Source: Terriglobia bacterium
Lineage (GTDB): Bacteria; Acidobacteriota; Terriglobia; 20CM-2-55-15
Length of the DNA: 64,000 nucleotides
Assembly (NCBI GenBank): GCA_965218585.1
Contig: CBDCLE010000002.1
Coordinates: forward strand, 480,001 to 544,000
Direction: 5' to 3'
A program made the position numbers and the translations under genes. Positions 9,669 to 19,828 of the stretch are shown one piece after another (position 1 is the stretch's first letter; the number at the start of each line of letters is the position of its first letter). The notes below the pieces were generated by a model, which saw only the letters and a program-made list of their open reading frames with translations, did no database searches and was not told where the DNA came from.

Positions 9669-10642
9669 ATGAGACATTCCGTAACCGGCCGCTGGCGACT
9701 GGGCCTGTCCCTGGCAGTTGTTGCCATGCTGACATGGGCCACGCTGCCTGTAGCCTTGACCCTTGCCCTTGTCTACGTCGATCCGTGGACGCTGACCTGG
9801 TTCCGATTCCTTGTGGCGACCCTGGTCTTGAGTCTGTGGCTGCGAAGGCGGGGTATCCTTGCCAGGACGGGCACCCGTCCCGGTCGGGGAGCCTGGCCTC
9901 TCCTGTTGATCGCAGCAGTCACGTTGACGGCCAATTACATGCTCTACATACTGGGCCTCGAACTGACGACTCCGGCCGTTGCACAGGTGTTGATCCAACT
10001 GGCGCCCGTGTTGATGGGGTTGGGCGGAATCTGGCTGTTCGGGGAGCGCTATTCGACTTCCCAGTGGATGGGATTCGCCGTTCTGGTCACTGGCCTCGTT
10101 GTATTCTTCCGAAACCAATTGGAAGCGTTCGCTGCGAGTGCCGACGAGCTGTGGCAGGGAGCTTTGCTCATAACGATCGGAGCGGTGGCGTGGGCGGTCT
10201 ATGCGATGGCTCAGAAACAGCTGCTCAAGGATTATTCTTCAGTCGCCGTCATGGTCTTCATTTACGTTTTCGCGACGATAGCGATCTTCCCGGCCACAGA
10301 ACCCATGACGTTACTCTGGTTGGTCCCTGCCGCCTGGCCCATCGTTGTCTACTGCGCGCTCAACACACTGATTGCTTACAGTTTTCTTTCGCCGAAGCAC
10401 TGAATCACTGGGAAGCCTCGAGGGTGAGCGCCGTTCTGGCACTGACTCCGCTGGGAACACTCGCTTTCGCGGCGACTGTGGAGCGTTTCTATCCCGGAGT
10501 GCTTCCGCCCGAACGTCTCGGCTGGGTGAGCCTGGTGGGTGCGGGACTGGTTGTCGTGGGATCGATCCTGACCAGTCTCACGGGCCGTAAAGCTGGTCCC
10601 GACGGGGTGGTACAGGCTGCTAGGGGTGATGCTGGTAGTTGA
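9669..10642 (+). pseudogene. EamA/DMT transporter with frameshift near 10383
   Basis: Frame 1 gives the EamA N-part up to NTLIAYS. The expected continuation SFAEALNHWEASRVSAVLALTPL is in another frame across the T-run AGTTTTCTTTC. Confidence 0.8.
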
Positions 10643-10997
10643 AGCCACTGCCCCGGTGGTCGAGCCTCCGAATATAGAGGGCATTCGGTTCCCTGCGGGA
10701 CGGGTTACCTACCACCACTATCCGATCTCCGGGCCTGAGCGTTTCGGCTTCGAAACCGACTTCGGCCAACTCCCGGCGGTTGTCCATTTACAGCCTCCAG
10801 GATTGGACCGCGCCTCCAGACTCTTCAACTTCGATCGTCACAAACGGATGAGGATTGACGAACTCGAACCGGACGACCAAACCTTCAAGCGTGGCTTCCT
10901 TTGCACGATCATAGACGGCAGCGATCGAGTGGTGTGCACTCGCGCCGAGTGAGAGGACGAGTCCGATGCAGATTGCGGAGAAGATCCAGAGCTTCAT
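10620..10997 (-). pseudogene. DUF6152 family protein with in-frame TAA at 10788-10790
   Basis: AHHS...VNPHP...WRL*MDNRRELAEVGFEAETLRPGDRIVVVGNPSRR...HHP*. The stop sits at the conserved W..E position (probable GAA>TAA). Confidence 0.8.
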
Positions 10998-11135
10998 TGT
11001 GGGCTAAGATTTTATCGCAACCAGGGCCGGGCCGCACGTTCTGTAGTCGGGGTGGAGATTCGCTTCGGTCTACCGTGCCTTGGAAGTTTGTGGTAGAAAC
11101 GATTAAAAGTGTCCACCGATTATCGAGGAGGAGAG

Positions 11136-11933
11136 ATGATGAAGGGGAACCAAAAGTTTTGCCTCAAGATGGTTGTCGCTGCCGTGTTTCTGCTGTGGCT
11201 GGCCGGTAGCCCACAAACAGGTCTGTCAGTGCAGTTGCCTGGTGCCAGTCCCGACGTCCCAGATCTCAACGGTGTCTGGAACAGGCAAGGTTGCATGTCT
11301 AACGGTGTGACCTGTCCGTGGGTTGTATCTGAGCTGCCGTTGCGAGCCCGTGCACTCGGGTTCCGCGAAGCTTTTGACGAACATGCGCTACCGAAATACG
11401 ACTGCGTGCCGCCGACTGTTCCCGCCATCATCGTCGATCCGCTCCTGTGGCAGATAGAGCAGCTGGAAGACCGTGTCCTTATTTCCTACGAGCATAACGA
11501 TGTCGTACGCACGATCTGGTTAAGAGGTCATGGGCATCCGGGACTCGAGGTCACCGACTTTTTCCAGCAGGGTCACGCTGTAGGCTGGTACGAGAACGAG
11601 CAACTTGTGATCGAGACCACCCGCTTCACGTTCGATCCTCATGGTCTGGATGACATGGCGGATCTACCCTCCTCGACACAGAAGAAAGTCACCGAGCGTT
11701 ACTGGTTAGAAGGAGAAGACTTGCGTGCTGACGTCCTCACCGAGGACCCATTGTTTCTGACCGAGCCCGTTCTGTTGGAGGAGAGATTCCGATCCACAGA
11801 CCAGCCGATGACTCTGCCTTACGGTTGCGATCCCGAACTGGCGCGGCAGCCTCTGCAGTTCGTTCCGTCAATCTATATTGAGCCGGGATTCATCCGGATA
11901 CCGGTGACGCCTCATGGTGAGGCGCCACGGTAA
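11136..11933 (+). CDS. Secreted hypothetical protein (two-Cys DUF6152-partner family)
   Basis: Signal peptide; PDLNGVW, DCVPPTVP, VRTIWL, GHAVGWYENEQLVIET, YGC. GAGGAG RBS before ATG 11136. Confidence 0.75.
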   Translation: MMKGNQKFCLKMVVAAVFLLWLAGSPQTGLSVQLPGASPDVPDLNGVWNRQGCMSNGVTCPWVVSELPLRARALGFREAFDEHALPKYDCVPPTVPAIIVDPLLWQIEQLEDRVLISYEHNDVVRTIWLRGHGHPGLEVTDFFQQGHAVGWYENEQLVIETTRFTFDPHGLDDMADLPSSTQKKVTERYWLEGEDLRADVLTEDPLFLTEPVLLEERFRSTDQPMTLPYGCDPELARQPLQFVPSIYIEPGFIRIPVTPHGEAPR

Positions 11934-12152
11934 TTGAAGTGTGTGGTTCTGCAGGGGACTTTTTGACTAACTGAACTGTCCCAGGGTATTAACCGTCCGA
12001 AATAGATCACGCCGAACCAGAGGAATAACGATGCCCTGTGCGTCCCCTAACAGCTATTTTGAGTGCATGACTGACGTTCGTGTTCGGGAGCACGTATAAT
12101 CTCCTGAAAATTTCAGGCTGGCGGTTAGCCTGTCACATAGAGGTGTGCGTCG

Positions 12153-13613
12153 ATGAGCTTACTGGGTTCGAAGGAATGGGAAGGGAAGATCTTCATTGAT
12201 GGATGGGTTGCCGGGTCGGGTGGAGAATATGCCGTCACAGAACCGGCGACAGGAGACGAGTTGGGGAAGATGGGCAGTGCCACCCCCGGCGATGTTGAGA
12301 GGGCTGCTGAACTGGCTGTTGAAGCTCAAAAAGAGTGGGCCGCTACATCCGTTGAAGAAAGGGCCGGCGTCATGCGTCGCGCCGGCGACCTGTTTTCTGA
12401 CCATGCAGGAGAGATCATAGACTGGATCGTCCGCGAATCCGGTTCGATCCAGCCCAAGGGCGGATTCGAGATCCATCTGTCGACGACAGATTGTTACGAA
12501 GCCGCTTCACTGCCGACGCATCCGTATGGAGAATTGATCCCCTCTCCCCAGCCTCGTCTGAGCATGAGCCGACGGCGGCCCGTGGGCGTAGTCGGAGTGA
12601 TTTCGCCGTTCAATGCGCCGCTCTTTCTTGCCCTTCGCGCGGTCGCGCCGGCTCTGGCTTTGGGCAATGCCGTGCTGCTCAAGCCGGACTTGCGGACGGC
12701 TGTCTGCGGCGGCGTGACTATATCGCGAATCTTTGAGGAAGCCGGCTTACCGTCAGGGCTCCTCAGTGTCCTTCCCGGTGGCGTCGATGTGGGCGAAGCT
12801 GTCGTCGCTAATCCACACGTGGGCGTCGTCGCTTTCACGGGTTCCATTCGGGGCGGGCGGGCCGTGGCCAAACTCGCCGCGGAGCATCTCAAGCGGGCGC
12901 ACCTGGAATTGGGCAGTAACTCGGCAGTGATTGTTTTAGACGACGCGGATGTGGAGAAGGCTGTCGACGCGGCTGCATTTGGTGCGTTCTTCCACCAGGG
13001 GCAGATTTGTATGGCCTCCTCCCGCCACCTGGTCCACTCGAAGGTCGTCGATGATTATACAGACGCGATGGTCGCACGGGCGAAGGGAATGGCCGTCGGC
13101 AATCCCGCTACTGAGCAGGTGGCGATTGGACCCATCATCGATGAGCGGCAACGGGACAACGTCCATGCCCTCGTTACGGCAAGCGTGAGCGGCGGGGCCG
13201 CCCTCGCCACGGGAGGTGAATACGAAGGGCTTTACTACGAACCGACCGTTCTGACCGATGTTTCAACTTCGGCGCCGGCATACCTGGAAGAGATCTTTGG
13301 CCCAGTCGCTCCCATAACCACGTTCAACACCGAGGAAGAAGCCGTCGGCATGGCCACCTCCCCCCCATGCGGTCTGTCGCTGGGTGTTTTTACGCGGGAT
13401 GTCATGAAGGGACTTCGACTGGCCGACACTATTCCAACTGGCGCAGTTCATATCAACGATCAGACGATCAACGATGAATCTCCGGTTCCGTTCGGAGGCA
13501 TGGGGCAGTCCGGGTCCGGCTCCCGTATCGGTGGCATCCGGACCAACATCGAAGCGTTTACCGAAGCCCAATGGGTGACGATACGGGGCGACGTCGGGCC
13601 GTACTCGTTGTAG
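12153..13613 (+). CDS. Aldehyde dehydrogenase (benzaldehyde dehydrogenase-like)
   Basis: ISPFNAP, FTGS, LELG, HQGQICM catalytic Cys, EEIFGP, HINDQT, PFGG. Confidence 0.92.
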   Translation: MSLLGSKEWEGKIFIDGWVAGSGGEYAVTEPATGDELGKMGSATPGDVERAAELAVEAQKEWAATSVEERAGVMRRAGDLFSDHAGEIIDWIVRESGSIQPKGGFEIHLSTTDCYEAASLPTHPYGELIPSPQPRLSMSRRRPVGVVGVISPFNAPLFLALRAVAPALALGNAVLLKPDLRTAVCGGVTISRIFEEAGLPSGLLSVLPGGVDVGEAVVANPHVGVVAFTGSIRGGRAVAKLAAEHLKRAHLELGSNSAVIVLDDADVEKAVDAAAFGAFFHQGQICMASSRHLVHSKVVDDYTDAMVARAKGMAVGNPATEQVAIGPIIDERQRDNVHALVTASVSGGAALATGGEYEGLYYEPTVLTDVSTSAPAYLEEIFGPVAPITTFNTEEEAVGMATSPPCGLSLGVFTRDVMKGLRLADTIPTGAVHINDQTINDESPVPFGGMGQSGSGSRIGGIRTNIEAFTEAQWVTIRGDVGPYSL

Positions 13614-13663
13614 CCGTCAGCAGCGTACTGCTAGACGATTCCCGATAACCTCAAGATGACGCG

Positions 13664-14536
13664 GTGGTGAGTATGCATTATGTAGGCAAGTTTGACGACA
13701 CGGCCTTCGAAACGAATCCGACCTATGAGAATCACAGCGAGGGCTACGGAGAGGTGTCGCTGGTCGATCATGACTCCGGGTCTCTGCATACAGGTCTGGG
13801 CGTCCAGCAGTTGGAGGCTGGAGGGAAGTTGCTGCCGCATATTCACGCCTACGAAGAGGGATTTTACATTCTCTCGGGCAAGGCGCTGCTGAGCCTCAAT
13901 GACAACGCATACGTGATTGGGCCTGGAGATTTCGGTGCGATCACCGTGGGGTCGGTGCATGCATGGCGCAACATGGGATCGGAACCGGTTCGCTGGTTGC
14001 AGATGGCTGCGCCCCAACCTAAAGCGGGCGGGAGGGAGCGGGACACGTTTTTCCTGAAAGACTCTGCTTTCCCGGTTCAGGCCGAACCGCTGGACCTCGA
14101 CAACATCAATGGCGATGCTCTGGGCCACTTCGACGTCGGCCAGATCCCTTCGATGGACGACCGTCCTCCTGAGGCGCCCGGACTGGAAGGCGTTTCTCTG
14201 AACTGGTTGATCGATGAGAAGCTTGGAGCACGCCACCATCGCATGGCTCTGATTGAGTATCAACCGGGGGTGGGTATCGGTCTGCACGATCATGCGTTCG
14301 AGGAGGGGTACTTCTATCTCAGCGGTGAAGTGGAGGCCACCCTGGACGGCGAAAACTATCATGTCAAGGTTGGTGACGTGGTCTGGACGGGCGTGGGTTG
14401 CGTCCACTCCTTCAAAAACGAGAGCCAGAAGCCTGTCCGGTAGCTGGAGACGTTTTCTCCACAACCGCCCGCCGAGAACGCTTTCCGGTTCATGGCTCAA
14501 TGGGAGGAACGGGCTGGGGAATTGGAAGCGAACTGA
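13664..14536 (+). pseudogene. Bicupin protein with in-frame TAG at 14441-14443
   Basis: Two cupin motifs (HIHAYEE...H, HDHAFEE...H). Repeat 1 reads PVRWLQMAAPQP and repeat 2 reads PVR*LETFSPQP, so the stop is TGG>TAG. The frame continues to TGA at 14536. Confidence 0.8.
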
Positions 14537-14566
14537 CAGGAGACGGACATCTCGCTCGTTCGAACT

Positions 14567-14621
14567 GTACGTGCGGTCTATGACCGCACCTTTTGATTCT
14601 GCGCTCAGAGCGCACCTATAG
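14567..14621. repeat. REP doublet (GTAG-type)
   Basis: GTACGTGCGGTCTATGACCGCAC followed by inverted TGCGCTCAGAGCGCACCTATAG, between convergent genes. Confidence 0.7.
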
Positions 14622-16559
14622 TTCGTCGGGCAGGGCGTACGCGATCAACTGAGCCGGCCCGTTCCCACTGCCTGTAGCAAAGACGATGTACTGCTTCCCG
14701 TCATGCACGTAGGTCATCGGCAGTCCCGCCTGAACGCCGACAGGTATCTCTGTTTCCCAGACAATCTCGCCGGTTGTTTTATCGTGAGCGCGGAACCACG
14801 GCTGCCCGCTCTGTCCTTCACCTGAAAACAGCAGTGTCTTTGTCACGAGAAGTCCGGCACGCGAGGCGCTCCCGGTTCTGGAAATGTCCAACCCCTGAAG
14901 AGCTTCGTTGTTTTCGATTGCCGGAGGCGTGATACCGTTCGCCATCTGCCACGCGATCTCACCCTGGTTCATGTCGTAGGCTGTAATTCGTCCGTATGGT
15001 GGCTTGATGACAGGCAGGCCGTCGATTCTTGGTGGGGCACCCCCGCCACGAATGAAGTCGGCGTCGAACTCTTCCGGGTCAGGAGGCGCCAGGCCCATGA
15101 CCGAAGGGTTGGTCTGAGATCCGACGTAGACAAATCCGGTTTCAGGATCGGCCGCTCCCGATTCCCAGTTCGCACCACCGGTAAAGTTCGGCAAGCCAAG
15201 TACCCCTCGGGTTCCGTCCGCCGCGTCCACCAGTGACGGAGGCGTATAGATAGGACCGATCCGAAACTGTTCTATGGCCTCCAGCGCTTTCTCTCTTAGT
15301 TCAGGGGTGAAATCGATCAGGTCATCTACGGTGACACCCTGCACGTCGAATGGCGGCGGCTTGGACGGGAAGGGCTGAGTGGGAGAGGCGGCCTCGCCCG
15401 GTACATCAGAGGGCGGTACCGGCTGTTCTTCGATGGGCCAGACCGGCTCTCCCGTCACTCGATCATAGACGTAAGCGAAGGCTTGCTTGGTGAGCTGCAC
15501 AACCGCCTGGATCTCTCGTCCATCCACATTGATGTCGATCAGGATCGGATGCGACGGCATATCCATGTCCCAGATATCGTGGTGGATCAACTGCTGGTAC
15601 CAGATGATCTCTCCAGTCTCGATATCCAGGCAGACCAAAGAATCCGAATACAGGTTGTCGCCCAGGCGATGCCCGCCGTAAACGTCATTCGTTGGGGCTT
15701 CAACCGGGAGGTACACGTATCCAAGTTCCGGATCTACTGAAAACGGTGCCCAGACACCTGCGTTGCCCGTGTAATCGGCCGAACCGTCCAACCATGTTTC
15801 GTAACCGGGTTCTCCCGGTCGGGGAATCGTATGAAAGATCCAGCGCCGCTCACCTGTGCGAACGTCGAACCCCATGACATCACCCTTGACGTTGGTTCGA
15901 TCCACACGCATTCCGACGAGCAGGGCCGGTCCCACGACTACCGTATCCCTGGCAATAACCGGTGGTGAGGTGTTGCCGATCTTCCCGGTAACTTCTCCTT
16001 CAATGTCCACATCCAACTGGTCAAAAAGATCTACGATGCCGCCTTCGCCAAAACTCTCGACCGGACGACCGGTGTCAGCGTCGAGCGCCACCAGTCGAAA
16101 TCCCGGCGTTACCGCAAGGATGCGCCGGTCTTCACCGTCAGCCCAGTACGACACGCCGCGGCCCGAATTTCTTCGTGGAGCCCGTTCGTAGCGTTCACCT
16201 TCGTCGCTCCGCCAAACCCAGAGCGTTTCACCTGTCCCGGCGTCCGCCGCAACAACAACCCGGCGATCGCCGGCAGTGAAGTAGAGCACTCCGTCCACCA
16301 TGAGCGGTGTCGTTTCGCTCTTTGCCTCCGGACGGGTGCCGAAGTTGTCCGACTTCCATGTCCAGGCGACTTCCAGGCGATTGACGTTGTCGCGGTTGAT
16401 CTGCTCGATCGGCGAGTAGCGTGTACTACCCGGGCCGCCACCGTAGTAGGGCCACTGACCATTCTCGGCGCCGGTCTGTGCGATGGCCTCCTCACCTCCT
16501 GCGCTGACCAAGAGAGCCGCTAGCAGTCCCAGAGAAAAGGCTATGAATCCTCGCGTCAT
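14616..16559 (-). CDS. PQQ-dependent dehydrogenase (soluble quinoprotein glucose dehydrogenase-like)
   Basis: Signal peptide, RYSP..QINRDNV.RL..AW, TPLMVDG, RGVSYW, HHDIWDMD, GGANW, KPPYG, PMTY...GKQY. Confidence 0.9.
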   Translation of the reverse strand: MTRGFIAFSLGLLAALLVSAGGEEAIAQTGAENGQWPYYGGGPGSTRYSPIEQINRDNVNRLEVAWTWKSDNFGTRPEAKSETTPLMVDGVLYFTAGDRRVVVAADAGTGETLWVWRSDEGERYERAPRRNSGRGVSYWADGEDRRILAVTPGFRLVALDADTGRPVESFGEGGIVDLFDQLDVDIEGEVTGKIGNTSPPVIARDTVVVGPALLVGMRVDRTNVKGDVMGFDVRTGERRWIFHTIPRPGEPGYETWLDGSADYTGNAGVWAPFSVDPELGYVYLPVEAPTNDVYGGHRLGDNLYSDSLVCLDIETGEIIWYQQLIHHDIWDMDMPSHPILIDINVDGREIQAVVQLTKQAFAYVYDRVTGEPVWPIEEQPVPPSDVPGEAASPTQPFPSKPPPFDVQGVTVDDLIDFTPELREKALEAIEQFRIGPIYTPPSLVDAADGTRGVLGLPNFTGGANWESGAADPETGFVYVGSQTNPSVMGLAPPDPEEFDADFIRGGGAPPRIDGLPVIKPPYGRITAYDMNQGEIAWQMANGITPPAIENNEALQGLDISRTGSASRAGLLVTKTLLFSGEGQSGQPWFRAHDKTTGEIVWETEIPVGVQAGLPMTYVHDGKQYIVFATGSGNGPAQLIAYALPDEL

Positions 16560-16568
16560 GGATGCTTC

Positions 16569-17030
16569 CTATGGTCGTTCCACCGTCCAGATCTCTTCGA
16601 TCTCTGTCCCTGCCCCCCGGATGATCTTCGAGATCGGACAGTACTTGTTCAGATCCGCCTTCAGCTGAGCCATCTCAGCTTCCGATGCCGGTGTTCTCAC
16701 GTTGATAAAGAGTTTGATCGTCGGAAACGGGATGTTCACTTCTTCCAGCAACCGTACGCCCCGGTTATCGAAGGCCGCCTCCACGTCGATCGATACCGCC
16801 TCGAACTCGATGCCAAGGTTCTTCGCGCACTTGTTGCTAATGACGTTGGTACATGCCGCGAGCGCAGACAACATCGTTTCCGTCGGTGCCGGTCCGAGAT
16901 TCGTACCTCCGCGCTCTAGCGGTTCATCGATTGTCGACCCCACATCCCGGACTGAGATGTCGGTCTGTGAATGTGAGATACAGTCGGCATGAACCTTGTA
17001 GATGACCGTGCTTTTAGGTGTGATCTTCAT
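16569..17030 (-). CDS. OsmC/Ohr family protein
   Basis: DEP..GG...GP.P.E..L.ALAAC and a C-terminal CPIS Cys pair. Confidence 0.88.
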   Translation of the reverse strand: MKITPKSTVIYKVHADCISHSQTDISVRDVGSTIDEPLERGGTNLGPAPTETMLSALAACTNVISNKCAKNLGIEFEAVSIDVEAAFDNRGVRLLEEVNIPFPTIKLFINVRTPASEAEMAQLKADLNKYCPISKIIRGAGTEIEEIWTVERP

Positions 17031-17052
17031 CGTGGTTCCTCTCCTGCAATTG

Positions 17053-18384
17053 TCAGGCCTCGGTCTCCTCTTCGATCAGTCGCCGCAACTCCTGCTGACG
17101 TTCGCGCGTAATAGGATATCGCCACATCAGGAAAATCACTATGGCGTAAGCGGCCATGGGCAACGCGACGATCAAGTAGCGAATCCGTTCGAGAGAGTCC
17201 GCGCTGTTGTCCGCACCCAGCACTGGGTCGAAACCGAAGATCGTGAGAAAAGAAAACCCTATGAAGACCGCCAATCCGGCTGCCAGCTTGCTCGAAAACT
17301 GAAGCAGCGCGTAGTAGAGTCCCATCCGGTCCGACCCCGACTTCGCGGCATCCTCATCGGAGACATCCGCCATCATCGATCGCGGAAGGAACTCGTTGGC
17401 TGAAGTATTAACGCCGATCAGAAAGAACGCCAATCCTGTCAGCACTGCCTCTCCCGGGGGAAGAACGAGAAGAAGCAGTGGCGACAGGGTTCCAAAGAAA
17501 ACGGCGACCTGGACAGTCTTGTGTTTGCTCCATGTCTGGGAAAGCTTCACCCACAGTGGCAGGCAAACCAGTCCCCCCACGATCAGGAACAAGAGAATGG
17601 TTCCGACGCTTTCTTCCAGTCTCAGCGTATAGGAGACAAAGAACACGAAGAGCCCCTGAACGAAATAGGTTGAGAATGTCAATAGTGCGTTGGCAAACAT
17701 TAGCCTGAACAGTGCCGCGCTCTGGAGGACGATCGAAACACTCTTCCAACTGATCGGTGGCTGACGTTTCACCGAGGGTTCCCGAATACTGAACAGTGCG
17801 ATCATCACGGTGATCGGCAGGCTGATGACCAGGAACATGCCGATGGCTGCCGTTCGTGCCTCGAAGGTCGGTGTGCCGAAACGTTCCATGATCGCCGGGA
17901 TGAGGCTGACGATGATCGCACCGATCATGACGGCGACCTGCAGTATGGCCGTGATCCGTGACCTGCGGTCATAGTCGCTCGAAAGCTCCAGCGCCCAGGC
18001 CGTGTGGCTGACCGTGGCCAGCGTCCAGCCGACGTACATAACGATCAACCAGCCGACGAAATAGACGTAGCCGGCAGCCTCCGGGGGCAGATAGAGACGG
18101 TAGAGCGACACCATCAGAATGGGCACCGACAGGGCGAGCCAGGGGCGCCGCCGGCCCCAACGTGTTTCCAGTCTGTCGGCGGCCAGACCGAAGATCGGGT
18201 CGGTCACCATGTCGAACAGTTTTGCGAAAAGAAAGACGCTACCGACCGTGGCAGCAGTCAACCCGCCATATTCGGCGTAGAGGGGCGGAATAAAGACAAA
18301 GAGTGCTGTCAGAGCAGCATTGAGCGGCAGCGCGGGCAGAGCGAAGCCTGCCATTCTAAGCGGATTTGGGGTTGACTCAGCCAC
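17053..18384 (-). CDS. MFS transporter, glycoside-pentoside-hexuronide (MFS_2) type
   Basis: 12 TM pattern, D..TDP..G..AD...TRWGRRRPW, SMMADV.D. Confidence 0.88.
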   Translation of the reverse strand: MAESTPNPLRMAGFALPALPLNAALTALFVFIPPLYAEYGGLTAATVGSVFLFAKLFDMVTDPIFGLAADRLETRWGRRRPWLALSVPILMVSLYRLYLPPEAAGYVYFVGWLIVMYVGWTLATVSHTAWALELSSDYDRRSRITAILQVAVMIGAIIVSLIPAIMERFGTPTFEARTAAIGMFLVISLPITVMIALFSIREPSVKRQPPISWKSVSIVLQSAALFRLMFANALLTFSTYFVQGLFVFFVSYTLRLEESVGTILLFLIVGGLVCLPLWVKLSQTWSKHKTVQVAVFFGTLSPLLLLVLPPGEAVLTGLAFFLIGVNTSANEFLPRSMMADVSDEDAAKSGSDRMGLYYALLQFSSKLAAGLAVFIGFSFLTIFGFDPVLGADNSADSLERIRYLIVALPMAAYAIVIFLMWRYPITRERQQELRRLIEEETEA

Positions 18385-18417
18385 TGGTCTGTCTCCCGTT
18401 GTCTCTGGGTGAATGGA

Positions 18418-18493
18418 AAAGGGGACGGAGACTTAAGAATTCAACACATCCCAGTCGTTTGGCTGATCGAATTCTTAAGCGTCCGTCCCCTTT
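18418..18493. repeat. GGGGAC...GTCCCC palindromic element
   Basis: 25-bp arms AAAGGGGACGGAGACTTAAGAATTC / GAATTCTTAAGCGTCCGTCCCCTTT with 2 mismatches. Confidence 0.75.
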
Positions 18494-18600
18494 GTCAGTG
18501 GACGGCGCTAAATGTCTGGCCCCAGTCCGGGAGACACTCTCGTGTCCCCCAACGTGCAACGAAACCCGACCCAAGGTTCAAGCTACGCCGAAGCCCCTGG

Positions 18601-19641
18601 TTATTGCATCGAGTTGTACATTCCCTGGACGTTCAGAGAAAGCCACTGTTCGTAGTTGCCCCAATCCGAATACGCATCCAGACTTATGGATGCCTGCATC
18701 TCCTCCAGGGACGAACCCGCAGCCATGCCCTCGGCGACCGCATCATAGAGATCCTGATGATACTGGATGTACTCGGTCACATCGGCCGTCGATCCCACGT
18801 CACCGTGACCCGGTATGACGAACTCGGCATCGAGCGACTCGAGTGCCCTCATAGCGCCCGTCCAGACCTCGTGGTCATAGCCACCCATTGTCTGGAACGG
18901 AAGCCGTCCAAGGCTGACGTAGTCGACGACAAAAGCGGCGCTCTCTGCCGGGAAGTACACCACCGACATGTTGGCCGAATGCGCCGCACCTGGATGGATC
19001 ATCTCAACAGTGCTCCCGCCGAGTTCGATCGTAGTCCTGTCCGAAAATGTCGTGCTCGGAGCATAGACATCGCTGACAGGTCCGCGGGCGATTTCCCCGC
19101 CACTGAGCATACCGTCTGCGTTGGCATCGAAGTTTGCGAAGTTGCCCTCGAAGTTGCTGCCGGCTGCCTCGGCCATCTCGACTTCACCGTTTCCATTGGC
19201 GTCCAACTCTGCCGCATTCGCGGGAAGATCCATGTCGGTCGGATCCGCCAGTGCGTCCAGCATACCCTCGTGGCCGACGAACTCTGCGGTATCCGCGAAG
19301 ACCTCTCCGCCTGAAGCATGGTCCCAGTCACTGTGGCTGTAGAGGACATACCGAACTGGCTGGCCGAAGCGCGTATCCAGTTCACCCCTGAGCCAGGTGG
19401 AGAAATCCCGGTTGATCGGATCCGACATGATGATGCCTTCTTCGGTAACCAGGAACACTGTGAAGTGCGCGTTGTTCTGCGCTCGATACAAATCGCCGGT
19501 GATGTTCGTGATGCTGCGAGTCGGTCCCTCTGGCTCGGCGGGAGCAGCGGGGGCCTCCGCTTCCGGTTCGGCCGCAGGAGCGCACGCCACCAGTATCAAC
19601 ACGAGCGGTACGATCGAGACGTAATAAAGGATTCGTTTCAT
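18601..19641 (-). CDS. MBL-fold metallo-hydrolase lipoprotein with EF-hand insertion
   Basis: Lipobox LVAC; SHSDWDHASG, AHS, IPGHG; two EF-hand loops DANGNGEVEMAE and DANADGMLSGGE. Confidence 0.85.
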   Translation of the reverse strand: MKRILYYVSIVPLVLILVACAPAAEPEAEAPAAPAEPEGPTRSITNITGDLYRAQNNAHFTVFLVTEEGIIMSDPINRDFSTWLRGELDTRFGQPVRYVLYSHSDWDHASGGEVFADTAEFVGHEGMLDALADPTDMDLPANAAELDANGNGEVEMAEAAGSNFEGNFANFDANADGMLSGGEIARGPVSDVYAPSTTFSDRTTIELGGSTVEMIHPGAAHSANMSVVYFPAESAAFVVDYVSLGRLPFQTMGGYDHEVWTGAMRALESLDAEFVIPGHGDVGSTADVTEYIQYHQDLYDAVAEGMAAGSSLEEMQASISLDAYSDWGNYEQWLSLNVQGMYNSMQ

Positions 19642-19726
19642 CTGGGTTCTCCTTGGATCATTGGTTTCGAAATTAGGGGTATCCTACTCCCACCCACAGG
19701 GTGTGTCAAACGTCCTGAAAAGTCGG

Positions 19727-19808
19727 GAAAAAGTGGGGGCAGGTCACTCTTTTTGCGTCGACTGAGCTTCTCCACAGGACAAAAAGAGTGACCTGTCCCC
19801 ACTTTTTC
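19727..19808. repeat. GGGGAC...GTCCCC palindromic element
   Basis: 29-bp arms GAAAAAGTGGGGGCAGGTCACTCTTTTTG / CAAAAAGAGTGACCTGTCCCCACTTTTTC with 1 mismatch. Confidence 0.75.
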
Positions 19809-19828
19809 AGCTCCCACTCTTCCTTTTC

